From NCBI GenBank assembly GCA_013166835.1, contig JABLTI010000048.1, positions 1 through 18,024 of the forward strand: a stretch of 18,024 bases of DNA, read 5' to 3'. Made by a program: the position numbers and the translations under genes. The DNA comes from Promethearchaeati archaeon (lineage in GTDB: Archaea > Asgardarchaeota > Heimdallarchaeia > JABLTI01). Position 1 is the first letter of the stretch, and each line of letters begins with the position of its first letter. Below are positions 1-8,376 of this stretch, in pieces. A model generated the notes under the pieces. That model did no database searches and was not told where the DNA came from. It saw nothing but the letters and a program-made list of their open reading frames with translations.

Positions 1-219
1 CAATTTGCTGGAAATCAATTTGTGGCTTGTTCCAAGTGTGGAGCGATTTATGCTACGGTTGATATTCTCGAGGAAATTAAAGATGAATTCGAGTTAATCG
101 ACTCGAAAATAGTTTCTCTATGTCCTGTGTGTAGAAGAGAACAAGTTGGGGAGGATTATGTGAATCTAAGTAAATACCTTATCTCAGCTAATCTAGCAAC
201 AGAGGAGGAAGTTAAATGA
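1..219 (+). CDS. 5'-truncated iron-sulfur/Zn-finger protein (C-terminal CxxC...CPxCRR module) of the hdr cluster
   Basis: Frame 1 is open from base 1 (QFAGNQFVACSKCG...), so the gene probably starts upstream of the window rather than at the GTG at 22. CSKCG-x~26-LCPVCRR resembles the C-terminal tail of HycF/NuoI-like and other ferredoxin-type proteins. The stop overlaps the hdrC start (ATGA, 216-219). Confidence 0.6.
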   Translation, partial: QFAGNQFVACSKCGAIYATVDILEEIKDEFELIDSKIVSLCPVCRREQVGEDYVNLSKYLISANLATEEEVK

Positions 220-704
220 TTTTCGATGAAACTGCGTGTTATATTTGTGCTAAATGTACTAGTGGGTGTCCAACAGCTGTCTATGATCCTTCGTTCAAAC
301 CACATGTAATTGTTGCCCGATCAAAAGTGGATAGAGATGAATTATTGAATGATGAAAATATGTGGTATTGTGTTTTATGCAAAAGATGTGAGCGTCGCTG
401 TCCACAAAATGTCTCTCCCCTTCTAATTGTAACAGAGCTAAAGAATGAAAGCTACAAATGTGCGAAAGCACATGTTCCAAAAGGATTCGAGGTCTTGAGC
501 AGACTTCTTAGAGAAACAGGCTTATCTTCTAAGGAAGAAATTATCATAACCGAAGATTTTGATGAATATAATCGAGAAGAGATAGGATTACCACCTCTTC
601 CGAAAGTTAATACGAAGGCTATTACAGAAGCCTTAACTGAGCTTGGCTTTTTCGATACCGGATGTGAAGACAAGAAAGCCAAAGCAGGAACTACGGAGGA
701 ATAA
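216..704 (+). CDS. hdrC: Heterodisulfide reductase subunit C-like protein (2x[4Fe-4S])
   Basis: Motifs CYICAKCTSGCP and WYCVLCKRCERRCPQNV; directly upstream of hdrB; GAGGAGG upstream of the ATG. Confidence 0.9.
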   Translation: MIFDETACYICAKCTSGCPTAVYDPSFKPHVIVARSKVDRDELLNDENMWYCVLCKRCERRCPQNVSPLLIVTELKNESYKCAKAHVPKGFEVLSRLLRETGLSSKEEIIITEDFDEYNREEIGLPPLPKVNTKAITEALTELGFFDTGCEDKKAKAGTTEE

Positions 705-706
705 CC

Positions 707-1552
707 ATGGACAAAGCCTATCTTTACTTAGGGTGTAAAGTACCTACTTCCCAATATGCCTTTGAGTTATCTGTTCGAACAATTATAAAAGAGCTAAATC
801 TACCAATTGAAGTACAAGAAGAATTCAATTGTTGTGGTTTTCCATTTATATCATTAGATAAAACTGCCTGGCTTTATCTTGCAGCCAGGAATATGGCTGT
901 AGCCGAAAAAGAAAAAAGAAATCTTATTCCCATATGCAATGGTTGCTTTTTATCTTTCAATGAAGCAAGAGCAGAATTACTTGTGGATTCGGAAGTACGT
1001 AAGAAGATAAACAAGCAATTAGCCAAAGAAGGTCTCACATTTAAAGGAAAACTAAGGATTGTTCATCTTGTAGATGTCTTTTACGAAGCTCGAGAGGAAA
1101 TAAAAGCAAAAGTAACTAAAGAATTCTCGAAAAAGAAAATTGCTGTACATTTAGGTTGTCATGGCGAGGAAGAACGTGGCGAAGAACAAATTGATGGAAT
1201 TCCTCGATTAGAAAAAATGATGACTATTATGAAAGATATTGGATTAGAAACTGAAGCATATCCTACTCTTCATGAGTGCTGTGGAGCAGGTGGCATCATA
1301 TCAGAACATGAAATGCCATTTAGAATGACTGGTAACAAACTTACTGAGCTCATGGAGATGGGCTATGAAGGAATGGCAACTATTTGTCCTTTCTGCCAAA
1401 GTCAATATGAAACAAAACAAGCTGTTATCTCACAGATAATTAAGAAGGAAGTGAAACTTCCAGTTTATTATCTCACACAACTTATGGGGATGGCTTGGGG
1501 TTTAGATGAAGAATCACTAGGATTACACCTAAATTCATCCCATACACAATAA
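707..1552 (+). CDS. hdrB: Heterodisulfide reductase subunit B-like protein (two CCG domains)
   Basis: YLGC...FNCCGFP...CNGCF and HLGCH...ECCGAGG...ICPFCQSQYE, ending LPVYYLTQLMGMAWG. All ten CCG-domain cysteines are present. GGAGGA upstream of the ATG. Confidence 0.92.
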   Translation: MDKAYLYLGCKVPTSQYAFELSVRTIIKELNLPIEVQEEFNCCGFPFISLDKTAWLYLAARNMAVAEKEKRNLIPICNGCFLSFNEARAELLVDSEVRKKINKQLAKEGLTFKGKLRIVHLVDVFYEAREEIKAKVTKEFSKKKIAVHLGCHGEEERGEEQIDGIPRLEKMMTIMKDIGLETEAYPTLHECCGAGGIISEHEMPFRMTGNKLTELMEMGYEGMATICPFCQSQYETKQAVISQIIKKEVKLPVYYLTQLMGMAWGLDEESLGLHLNSSHTQ

Positions 1553-1568
1553 ATGAACAAGTAATATA

Positions 1569-2288
1569 TCAGAGAAAGTTAAATAATTCTTGCAGAGTAG
1601 TAATTGTTTTGAAATTATGATCCGGATCTTCAAAAACAACCATTTGCTTTTCTCTTCTGATTATTAGTACATTTATGTTATGTTTCATTGGACCAAATCC
1701 ATCACCCATTACGTCATCCCCAATATGAAGTATTTCTTCTGGTTTTAATTGTGACAGATCTAATAAAACTTGATAATTATCAGTCTTTTCTGTAAAATAT
1801 TTGTCAACAGTTATGATTTCTTCAAAAGAATCAAGAATACCTGCTTGGTCTAACAATTCAGTTATATCATCTGAATGATTTCCAGATAAAATATAGACCA
1901 TCTTACCCAGTTGTTTCAATCTAATTATAGTCTCAACAACATCATCATAGAGAATTTTTTTTTGTGTTGAAAAAATCTTTTCTACTAACCAATTTTTTAA
2001 TTCTTCCAAATCATCTCCAGAATATGTTAAATCAATCATATCTACTCTAGCTCGATTATATTCCTTGAGGAATTGTTCTCTTTCTTCTTTTGGAAGTGTT
2101 CCATATTTGCTAAACCTATCTACTAAATGCTCAGGCATATTTTTTCGCAAATAAATTGAGTGCTGTAAAAACTCTTCTACTGAGACATTTATCCCTTTCT
2201 GAGCAAGTAGTTTAGGAACAAAATGATGTGTTAATGGCGTAACATGTGATATTGTCCTATCAAAATCAAAACTTATACATTTAATCAA
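1569..2288 (-). CDS. HAD-superfamily hydrolase (subfamily IA)
   Basis: Motif I FDFDRT, motif II LSGN, motif IV HIGDDVMGD; TTG start preceded by GAGGA. Confidence 0.85.
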   Translation of the reverse strand: MIKCISFDFDRTISHVTPLTHHFVPKLLAQKGINVSVEEFLQHSIYLRKNMPEHLVDRFSKYGTLPKEEREQFLKEYNRARVDMIDLTYSGDDLEELKNWLVEKIFSTQKKILYDDVVETIIRLKQLGKMVYILSGNHSDDITELLDQAGILDSFEEIITVDKYFTEKTDNYQVLLDLSQLKPEEILHIGDDVMGDGFGPMKHNINVLIIRREKQMVVFEDPDHNFKTITTLQELFNFL

Positions 2289-2328
2289 ATTATTATCCTC
2301 TAATTAATCAGTAAACTAATTCATTTCA

Positions 2329-3411
2329 TTAATTTTGTTTAAATTTTCGCTTTACTCGCCAACTTGGTTTCATCATTTTCTTCTCTGGGTCTAGAAAGAC
2401 AAGACTATCAATTACTGCTTCTTCAGGAGTTACTAGATATTTAAAACCGAGTTTTTCTAATTTTTCTGTATTATAGATGTATGTTTTTCCAACATATTTA
2501 ATCGTGATTGGAGAAAGTGCAGTTTTAATTAACTTTATCTTTGGAAAAATTTTATGTAAAACACGAAGTAAAGGTAAAAGTGATTTGAAGAACCAAAATG
2601 TGATTGAAAATTTCGGTTGTCTCCTTTGGTAATAATCAGCAATGATATTCATAATTCTTCGATAAGAGATTGGTTCATGAGCAATATTATAAACTTCTCC
2701 TGAAATATCTCCAGTATACTCAGCTAGGAATATTTGCCCTCTTGCAATATCTCGAGCAGAAGTAATTGCAAACAAATGTTTCCCACGATTAATTAGTTTC
2801 GGAAGTAGTCTGTATCTCATTACTTGTACCATAGATGGTATTGTTTGTCTGTCACCCGCCCCGATTATTGGCCCCAATCTGGTAATAATGATTGTTTTAT
2901 TTGGATTCTTCTTTGCATAGTCCCTAACAAGATTTTCAGCTATTCTCTTCGTTACTTGATATGGTTCTCCCTCAAGCTCACCTAATGGACTGTTTTCATC
3001 TAAATTATAGTATCTTTTTTTCCCATTGAATGCTTGATACACTGCAATTGAGCTTGTATAAATGAAGCATTTTGCTTCTGATTTAACAAAAGCATCAAGC
3101 ATAATTCTTGTACCTAAAACATTTGGAGCATACATTTGATCATATGTTTGATTCAGAAGAATGTTTGCTGCGATATGAAACACAAAATCTATACCGTTTG
3201 CCATCACGTCAGTTATAGTATCACTATCTTGTAAATCACCTTTTATTATGGTGACTCCTGATAGTTTCAGTCTATGAGCTTTCTTTGGGTTCCTTACCAG
3301 GCAAATAATATCAGATGGGGTTGTTACACTTAGTTTTTTATCAGCTAGAATATGCTCTACAACATGCATACCAACTTGCCCAGTTGCTCCTGTAACAAAC
3401 ACTTTTGCCAT
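2329..3411 (-). CDS. NAD(P)-dependent epimerase/dehydratase (extended SDR, 3-beta-HSD/HpnA-like)
   Basis: Rossmann motif VFVTGATGQVG, VFHIAA, NVLGT, YTSSIAVY and catalytic YxxxK (YQVTK). Confidence 0.88.
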   Translation of the reverse strand: MAKVFVTGATGQVGMHVVEHILADKKLSVTTPSDIICLVRNPKKAHRLKLSGVTIIKGDLQDSDTITDVMANGIDFVFHIAANILLNQTYDQMYAPNVLGTRIMLDAFVKSEAKCFIYTSSIAVYQAFNGKKRYYNLDENSPLGELEGEPYQVTKRIAENLVRDYAKKNPNKTIIITRLGPIIGAGDRQTIPSMVQVMRYRLLPKLINRGKHLFAITSARDIARGQIFLAEYTGDISGEVYNIAHEPISYRRIMNIIADYYQRRQPKFSITFWFFKSLLPLLRVLHKIFPKIKLIKTALSPITIKYVGKTYIYNTEKLEKLGFKYLVTPEEAVIDSLVFLDPEKKMMKPSWRVKRKFKQN

Positions 3412-3508
3412 AGACTATCCAACGTTTTGTTTTATTAGAGCGAATAAAAAAATCGCTTGAATGAAATGTAAATTTAGTTGTCTTGAACTTTAATAAAGTT
3501 TGTATATT

Positions 3509-4549
3509 TTACCCATACAGTTTATGCAGAGTTTCTAGGATATATTCAATATGTTCTTTTTCGATTCCATAATGAGTAACAAAGCGAAATATGGTATCCC
3601 AACGACTGCTTGTTATAATATTGTGTTTCGCCAAATCAGCTTTAAATTGTTTACCTGTTATTTTTAAACCACTTATATCGGTGAATAAAATATTTGTTTC
3701 ACAGTCTCTTGTTGTTATACCGTTAATCTCTTCCAATCCTTTTTTCAGTAATTGTGCATTTTTATGATCGTCAGCTAATCTGTTAATCATACTATCTAAT
3801 GCAACGATTCCTGGAGCAGCAATAATTCCTACTTGCCTCATTCCTCCACCTAACATTTTCCGAGTTCGTAACGCTTTATCTATAAATTCCTGACTACCAA
3901 CTATCATAGATCCAATAGGACAAGCTAATCCTTTACTTAAACAAAACATTACGCTATCAGCCCCTTTTACGAGTTCGCTTACTGGAACCCCAAGTGCAAT
4001 TGCAGCATTGAATATTCGTGCACCATCAACATGTATTTTTAGGTTTTTTTTCTTGGCAGCAGAAAAAATATCATTCAACTCAGTTATTTTCCAGGGTTTT
4101 CCTCCTGCCATATTATGTGTGTTTTCAATTGTAACTAGAGAGCTAATTGGATAATGAACATCAGGACTTCTTACTAAATCGTCTAACATCTCTGGTGTAA
4201 GTAAATAATCATTCTTCCCAGAAAACGTTCGAAGCTGTAAACCACCAATTACAGCAGATGATGCAACCTCATGCAGAAAAATATGTGAATTCTTTTCTAA
4301 GATAACTTCATCTCCCTTATTGGTTTGACTCACTAAACCACAAATATTCCCCATAGTTCCTGAGCTAACAAAAAGAGAAGCTTCCTTACCTAGGAGTTTT
4401 GCTGCCTTCTCTTGCAGTTCTATTACAGTTGGATCGTCACCAAATACATCATCCCCTAGTTTTGCATTTTTTATAGCTTCCATCATCTCTTCTGTAGGAT
4501 GAGTTACAGTATCACTTCTTAAATCGATTTTTTCTTTTATCATTTGCAT
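3509..4549 (-). CDS. ltaE: Low-specificity L-threonine aldolase (PLP-dependent)
   Basis: IDLRSDTVTHPT, GDDVFGDDPTV, SGTMGN, IENTHN, HVDGARIFNA, CLSKGLACPIGS (PLP lysine), GGGMRQVG. Start uncertain among 4552, 4549 and 4543. Confidence 0.93.
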   Translation of the reverse strand: MQMIKEKIDLRSDTVTHPTEEMMEAIKNAKLGDDVFGDDPTVIELQEKAAKLLGKEASLFVSSGTMGNICGLVSQTNKGDEVILEKNSHIFLHEVASSAVIGGLQLRTFSGKNDYLLTPEMLDDLVRSPDVHYPISSLVTIENTHNMAGGKPWKITELNDIFSAAKKKNLKIHVDGARIFNAAIALGVPVSELVKGADSVMFCLSKGLACPIGSMIVGSQEFIDKALRTRKMLGGGMRQVGIIAAPGIVALDSMINRLADDHKNAQLLKKGLEEINGITTRDCETNILFTDISGLKITGKQFKADLAKHNIITSSRWDTIFRFVTHYGIEKEHIEYILETLHKLYG

Positions 4550-4628
4550 CACTTTTATCTAATAAGACAAATTTAGTAATTATTCTATATAATACTTTTA
4601 TAGATTATGTGAGTTATCTATATGTCTA

Positions 4629-4643
4629 GAAAAAACTTTAAAG
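4629..4643 (+). promoter_or_regulatory. Candidate archaeal BRE/TATA element for the Lrp-TRASH gene
   Basis: GAAAAAA followed by CTTTAAAG in the divergent ltaE/Lrp intergenic region. The AT-rich background makes this weak. Confidence 0.3.
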
Positions 4644-4712
4644 CATTAATCGTCTAAAGTATCGAGTATTAATAAAAATTGAGTTATTATATAGAGTTTG
4701 AGGGTAATTCTA

Positions 4713-5366
4713 ATGCATAAGCTTGACAAAACAGATCTTCGGATTTTAACTACACTTTTAGAAGATGCTAGAACAAGTTACGCTGCTTTAGCCCGAGAAA
4801 CTAATTTGACTATTCCATCTATTAAAACCAGAATTCAAAAATATATTGACACTGGTTTGATTGAGAAGTTCACAATAATCTTAGATGAACACATGATTAT
4901 GAAAGGTACATCTATGACTTTTCTTCTAAAAGTTAAACCAGGTGATTTAGACAAAATTTCTAAAGATATCTATGAGAGTCCTTACATAGCAAATCTAACC
5001 ATAACTTCAGGTCACTATAATCTGCTTATTGTTACTCATCCAATGAGTGACAAAGACAAATTAGAATTCATTAAGGCAGTAAATTCACTCCCAGGAGACT
5101 CGATTATAGAGCTTGTTTCATCAATTAATCTTGAGACTTTCTTGTGCAAACCTATTGAATTGCCAAAAACACCAGTCAATCTACTAATACGATGTGATTA
5201 TTGTCATAGGGAATTTTCTGGTGAAGTATTTTCAAAAGCTGTTCTTGGTAGAAAACGGTATTTCTGCAGTCCCATTTGTCAAGAAAAATATGAGGAACGT
5301 GCTAAGAAATATATTCGTGGGGAATTATTCCAGCACCCAGATGAAGAAAAAGCAGCTGAAAAATAA
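4713..5366 (+). CDS. Lrp/AsnC-family transcriptional regulator with C-terminal TRASH metal-binding domain (CopR/CopT-like architecture)
   Basis: N-terminal HTH LDKTDLRILTTLLEDARTSYAALARE...GLIEKFTI, then a RAM domain, then CDYC...RYFCSPICQEKY. ATG at 4713 preferred over TTG at 4698. Confidence 0.88.
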   Translation: MHKLDKTDLRILTTLLEDARTSYAALARETNLTIPSIKTRIQKYIDTGLIEKFTIILDEHMIMKGTSMTFLLKVKPGDLDKISKDIYESPYIANLTITSGHYNLLIVTHPMSDKDKLEFIKAVNSLPGDSIIELVSSINLETFLCKPIELPKTPVNLLIRCDYCHREFSGEVFSKAVLGRKRYFCSPICQEKYEERAKKYIRGELFQHPDEEKAAEK

Positions 5367-5451
5367 ATAGATACTTTATCTCGAATTTTTTTTCTCGCCA
5401 AAAGAGGTTTATATGTTAAAGACATTTATTACTTCACAGGAGATATCGCGT

Positions 5452-6174
5452 ATGGTGAAGAAGGACAAATTTGACGCGATCTTTTTTGATCTCGATGATA
5501 CTTTATTTAATAGCTCTCTTATGTCACAAACCGCCAGAAGAAATGCAATTCGTGCATTAAAAGAAGCGGGAATAGAGCTTGATGAGGATACAGCTTTTGG
5601 CATTTTATTAGATATAGTTGGCAAATATGGTTCAAATTACAATGAGCATTTCAATCGGTTGATTGAGGAACTAGGATATGAAGTACATCCAAAGCTTATT
5701 GCTGCTGCAGTTGTTGCCTACCATAACACAAAATTTGGATTACTCCGCGCCTTTCCAGGAGTGATACTAACTTTGCTAACTTTAATGAAATCAATCAAAA
5801 TTGGAATTATTTCAGATGGAATTAAATTAAAACAATGGGAAAAACTAACTTATCTAGGTATACAGCACTTCTTCGATGTTGTTGTTATCAATGATTTACC
5901 TAGTCAGTGGAAACCATCAGTTTTCGGATTTAAGGTTGCTATGAAAAAATTAGAATTAACTGATCCATCTCGAATTATCTATGTTGGAAATAAAACAGCA
6001 ACTGACATTTTAGGTGCTAACAATATGGGAATCGTTAGTGTTTTATTTGATCCAAATAAGTATGTTGATATTGAAAAACTTTCTAAGAAAGAAAAACCCA
6101 AATTCGTGATTCACAAATTTACTGAAGTGGCAGAAATTGCTGGCTTTAAACAAATCATGTGGAGATTTAGTTAA
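5452..6174 (+). CDS. HAD-superfamily hydrolase, archaeal TIGR02253-like family
   Basis: AIFFDLDDTL, ARRNAI, YGSNYNEHFN, AAAVVAYHNTKF, ISDG..KQWEKL..LG, KP. ATG at 5452 follows AGGAGA; the ORF track start is 5413. Confidence 0.88.
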   Translation: MVKKDKFDAIFFDLDDTLFNSSLMSQTARRNAIRALKEAGIELDEDTAFGILLDIVGKYGSNYNEHFNRLIEELGYEVHPKLIAAAVVAYHNTKFGLLRAFPGVILTLLTLMKSIKIGIISDGIKLKQWEKLTYLGIQHFFDVVVINDLPSQWKPSVFGFKVAMKKLELTDPSRIIYVGNKTATDILGANNMGIVSVLFDPNKYVDIEKLSKKEKPKFVIHKFTEVAEIAGFKQIMWRFS

Positions 6175-6186
6175 AAAATGAAGTGA

Positions 6187-6215
6187 AGGGATGAAAATCC
6201 CTATTGTTTTTGTTT
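6187..6215 (+). terminator. Hairpin plus T-rich tract after the HAD gene
   Basis: AGGGAT-GAAA-ATCCCT (6-bp stem, GNRA loop) followed by ATTGTTTTTGTTT. Confidence 0.55.
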
Positions 6216-6226
6216 ATGGATGGAAA

Positions 6227-6255
6227 GTGAGGGGGGAAATTAATCCCCGGTTCAC
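6227..6255. terminator. Second stem-loop between convergent genes
   Basis: GTGA-gg-GGGGA-aattaa-TCCCC-ggt-TCAC; GC-rich inverted repeat in an AT-rich spacer. Confidence 0.45.
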
Positions 6256-6297
6256 CTATTTCACATATTTTTAATAAAAGCAAAAATGAATTGATCA

Positions 6298-6564
6298 TTA
6301 GGCTTTACCAATAAATGGTTTAGCTTTTGATCCATCGCTGCATGTTGGAACTTCCATTGTTTTTCCACAGTCTGGAACAACACAGATCAATTGGTCACCT
6401 TCGAGTTCCATCGATTCTCCACAGCAAATAGGCCATTCAATAATTGATCCATCTGGGCATTTGAATTGGAGTTTCATTTCTGATTCTTGCGCTTTAGTTT
6501 TTGTTTCTTGTAGTTTTACGCCTTTTAGATCATCTTCTGATACTTGCATATCTTTATCTGACAT
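6298..6564 (-). CDS. Small Cys-rich metal-binding protein with beta-thymosin/WH2-like N-terminus (hypothetical)
   Basis: 88 aa; six Cys (CPDGS, PICCGESM, CVVPDCG, CSDGS); fills the gap between two hairpin-bounded genes; GGTG-type RBS upstream. Confidence refers to the CDS; the function is inferred. Confidence 0.8.
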   Translation of the reverse strand: MSDKDMQVSEDDLKGVKLQETKTKAQESEMKLQFKCPDGSIIEWPICCGESMELEGDQLICVVPDCGKTMEVPTCSDGSKAKPFIGKA

Positions 6565-6682
6565 TGGTAGATAAACACCATCCTTCCCTATTGGGACTCT
6601 TGATAGTTATTTAATATTATGTTATTGACAATTGAAATATAAAATTAATTCAAAGGATTATATTGTCGAGACAAAAATAAGG

Positions 6683-6710
6683 AAAAAAGGTTGAAAAATT
6701 GTCTCAACCT
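6683..6710 (-). terminator. Hairpin plus oligo-T terminator of the amidohydrolase gene
   Basis: Minus strand AGGTTGA-gacaatttt-TCAACCT followed by TTTTT, about 20 nt after the stop codon. Confidence 0.6.
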
Positions 6711-6729
6711 GTTCATTCAACAATAAAAA

Positions 6730-7920
6730 CTAACTTGTTAGATATTTTAGAGCTGTTAAGGAAAGAATAGCACAACCTAATGGAAGGGCATCCTCATCAA
6801 TATCATACTTGGGATTATGACCTGGATGGATTATTCCTTTATCCTCATTTCGAATCCCTAACCAGAACATAGCTACCGGAAGACGATTATTTTCACTAAA
6901 TTCATAGAAATCTTCAGCACCCATTGTTGGATTTTCCGCTAAGAGAACTTTATCTTCGCCAAACAAAGCTGATGTTGCTTCCTTTATTAGAATGTTTAAT
7001 TCAGGACTATTATATCCCGGTGCATATCCTCTTTTTATGCCGGGAGTGATTTTAGCTCCAAAGGCTTTAGCTACACCTTCAGCTATTCTTTTCGCACTTT
7101 CAAAAGTTGCATCTCGTACTTCTTGTTTTAAAGCTCTAATTGTTCCTGTCATGTGAGCTGTTCTTGGAATAACATTATAGACAGTACCAGCGTTAAAAGT
7201 TCCAATTGTGAGAATAACTGGATTTACTGGATCAGTATTTCTTGATGAAACAGTTTGAAATGCAGTAACAAGATGTGAACCAACTACAATGGGATCTATT
7301 GTTTCATGTGGAGAAGCTGCATGACCACCTTTTCCTTCTATTTCAAACATTATTTTATCAGCACTTGCTGTAAAACTCCCATCTTTTACTTCAATATGTC
7401 CAATAGCTACATCATCAGCCATATGGAGAGCAATAACTGCTGATACATCTGGATTTTTGAGAGCCCCTTCTTGAACCATTGGTTTAGCACCACCAAGACC
7501 CTCTTCTGCTGGTTGAAAGATTAATTTTACATTTCCCTTTATTTTATCTTTCATTTTAACAAGTATCTTCGCGACTCCGAGTAGAATAGCAGTATGAGCA
7601 TCATGACCACAAGCATGCATTTTTCCATCATGTTTTGATTTGTATGGAACGTCATTTTCTTCCTGCATTGGTAAAGCATCCATATCTGCACGAATACCAA
7701 TAGTTTTTCCTTCACCACCAGTTCCTTTTATAAGACCAATGACGCCAACTTTTGCTACATTTGGAGTGACTTCTATACCTAATTCTTTTAATTTCTCAAT
7801 AACAAATTCAGAAGTTTTCACTTCTTCAAACCCTAATTCCGGGTACATATGAAAATGTCTTCGATATTCAATTACTTCTTTCTCAATCTCTTTTGCAATT
7901 TTCCATACTTCATCTTTCAT
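6730..7920 (-). CDS. M20D-family amidohydrolase (aminoacylase/carboxypeptidase-like)
   Basis: RRHFHMYPELGFEE, IRADMDALP, MHACGHDAH, FQPAEEG, GKGGHAASPH, MGAEDF, HNPKYDIDE. ATG at 7920 preferred over 7932. Confidence 0.93.
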   Translation of the reverse strand: MKDEVWKIAKEIEKEVIEYRRHFHMYPELGFEEVKTSEFVIEKLKELGIEVTPNVAKVGVIGLIKGTGGEGKTIGIRADMDALPMQEENDVPYKSKHDGKMHACGHDAHTAILLGVAKILVKMKDKIKGNVKLIFQPAEEGLGGAKPMVQEGALKNPDVSAVIALHMADDVAIGHIEVKDGSFTASADKIMFEIEGKGGHAASPHETIDPIVVGSHLVTAFQTVSSRNTDPVNPVILTIGTFNAGTVYNVIPRTAHMTGTIRALKQEVRDATFESAKRIAEGVAKAFGAKITPGIKRGYAPGYNSPELNILIKEATSALFGEDKVLLAENPTMGAEDFYEFSENNRLPVAMFWLGIRNEDKGIIHPGHNPKYDIDEDALPLGCAILSLTALKYLTS

Positions 7921-8006
7921 TTTGCTGACCAACTATCAAAATAATTCATTTACTTAATTATCCAAATCGGATTTGCAAGAATGAGAATAAATTCCCTTGT
8001 ATTAAA

Positions 8007-8300
8007 TTATTTCCTTCGAGTTTGATACTTTTTTATGGTATGCATTAAAGCCTTTTCAATATCAATCTCTAAACCTCTACCTAATGCAATGACAGCAAAG
8101 AACAAATCTCCGAATTCTTCTTCCAATTTTTCTTTAGTAGTGGATTTTCCAGGATGTAAGCCTGCATCTATTTGTAATTCCTTCGAAAATTCTCCTAGTT
8201 CCTCCATAACTGGTTGGAGCAACCATTCTTTAGCCCAGTAACCTCCTAAAGAATCAATTAAAGCATCTACTTTCTCACAAATAATCTGCAACTCTGTCAT
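8007..8300 (-). CDS. MazG-like (YpjD-type) nucleotide pyrophosphohydrolase
   Basis: GGYW...MEELGEF...LEEEFGDLFFAVIAL, the ExxE/ExxD metal-binding pattern of all-alpha NTP pyrophosphatases. Confidence 0.85.
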   Translation of the reverse strand: MTELQIICEKVDALIDSLGGYWAKEWLLQPVMEELGEFSKELQIDAGLHPGKSTTKEKLEEEFGDLFFAVIALGRGLEIDIEKALMHTIKKYQTRRK

Positions 8301-8376
8301 TTAGATCAAGTTGTTAAAAGTGATTTATAATGAATAAATGTTCCTTATCATTTATGAAAAATGAATCTACTTAGCT

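Noticed and set aside
216-219. TGA ending the first ORF as a possible selenocysteine codon
   Set aside because: It forms an ATGA stop/start overlap with hdrC, is not at a Cys-motif position, and read-through gives about 30 meaningless residues.
295-682. Minus-strand ORFs 295..480 and 452..682
   Set aside because: Antisense shadows of hdrC with no recognisable motifs.
2329-3411. SDR as evidence of sterol or hopanoid synthesis
   Set aside because: 3-beta-HSD-like extended SDRs are widespread in prokaryotes, and no cyclase or other pathway gene is in the window.
6181-6255. Twin hairpins, each preceded by AAGTGA, as a SECIS element, ncRNA or mini-CRISPR
   Set aside because: No in-frame TGA in the flanking genes, only two dissimilar units with no repeat-spacer periodicity, and their position between convergent genes fits terminators.
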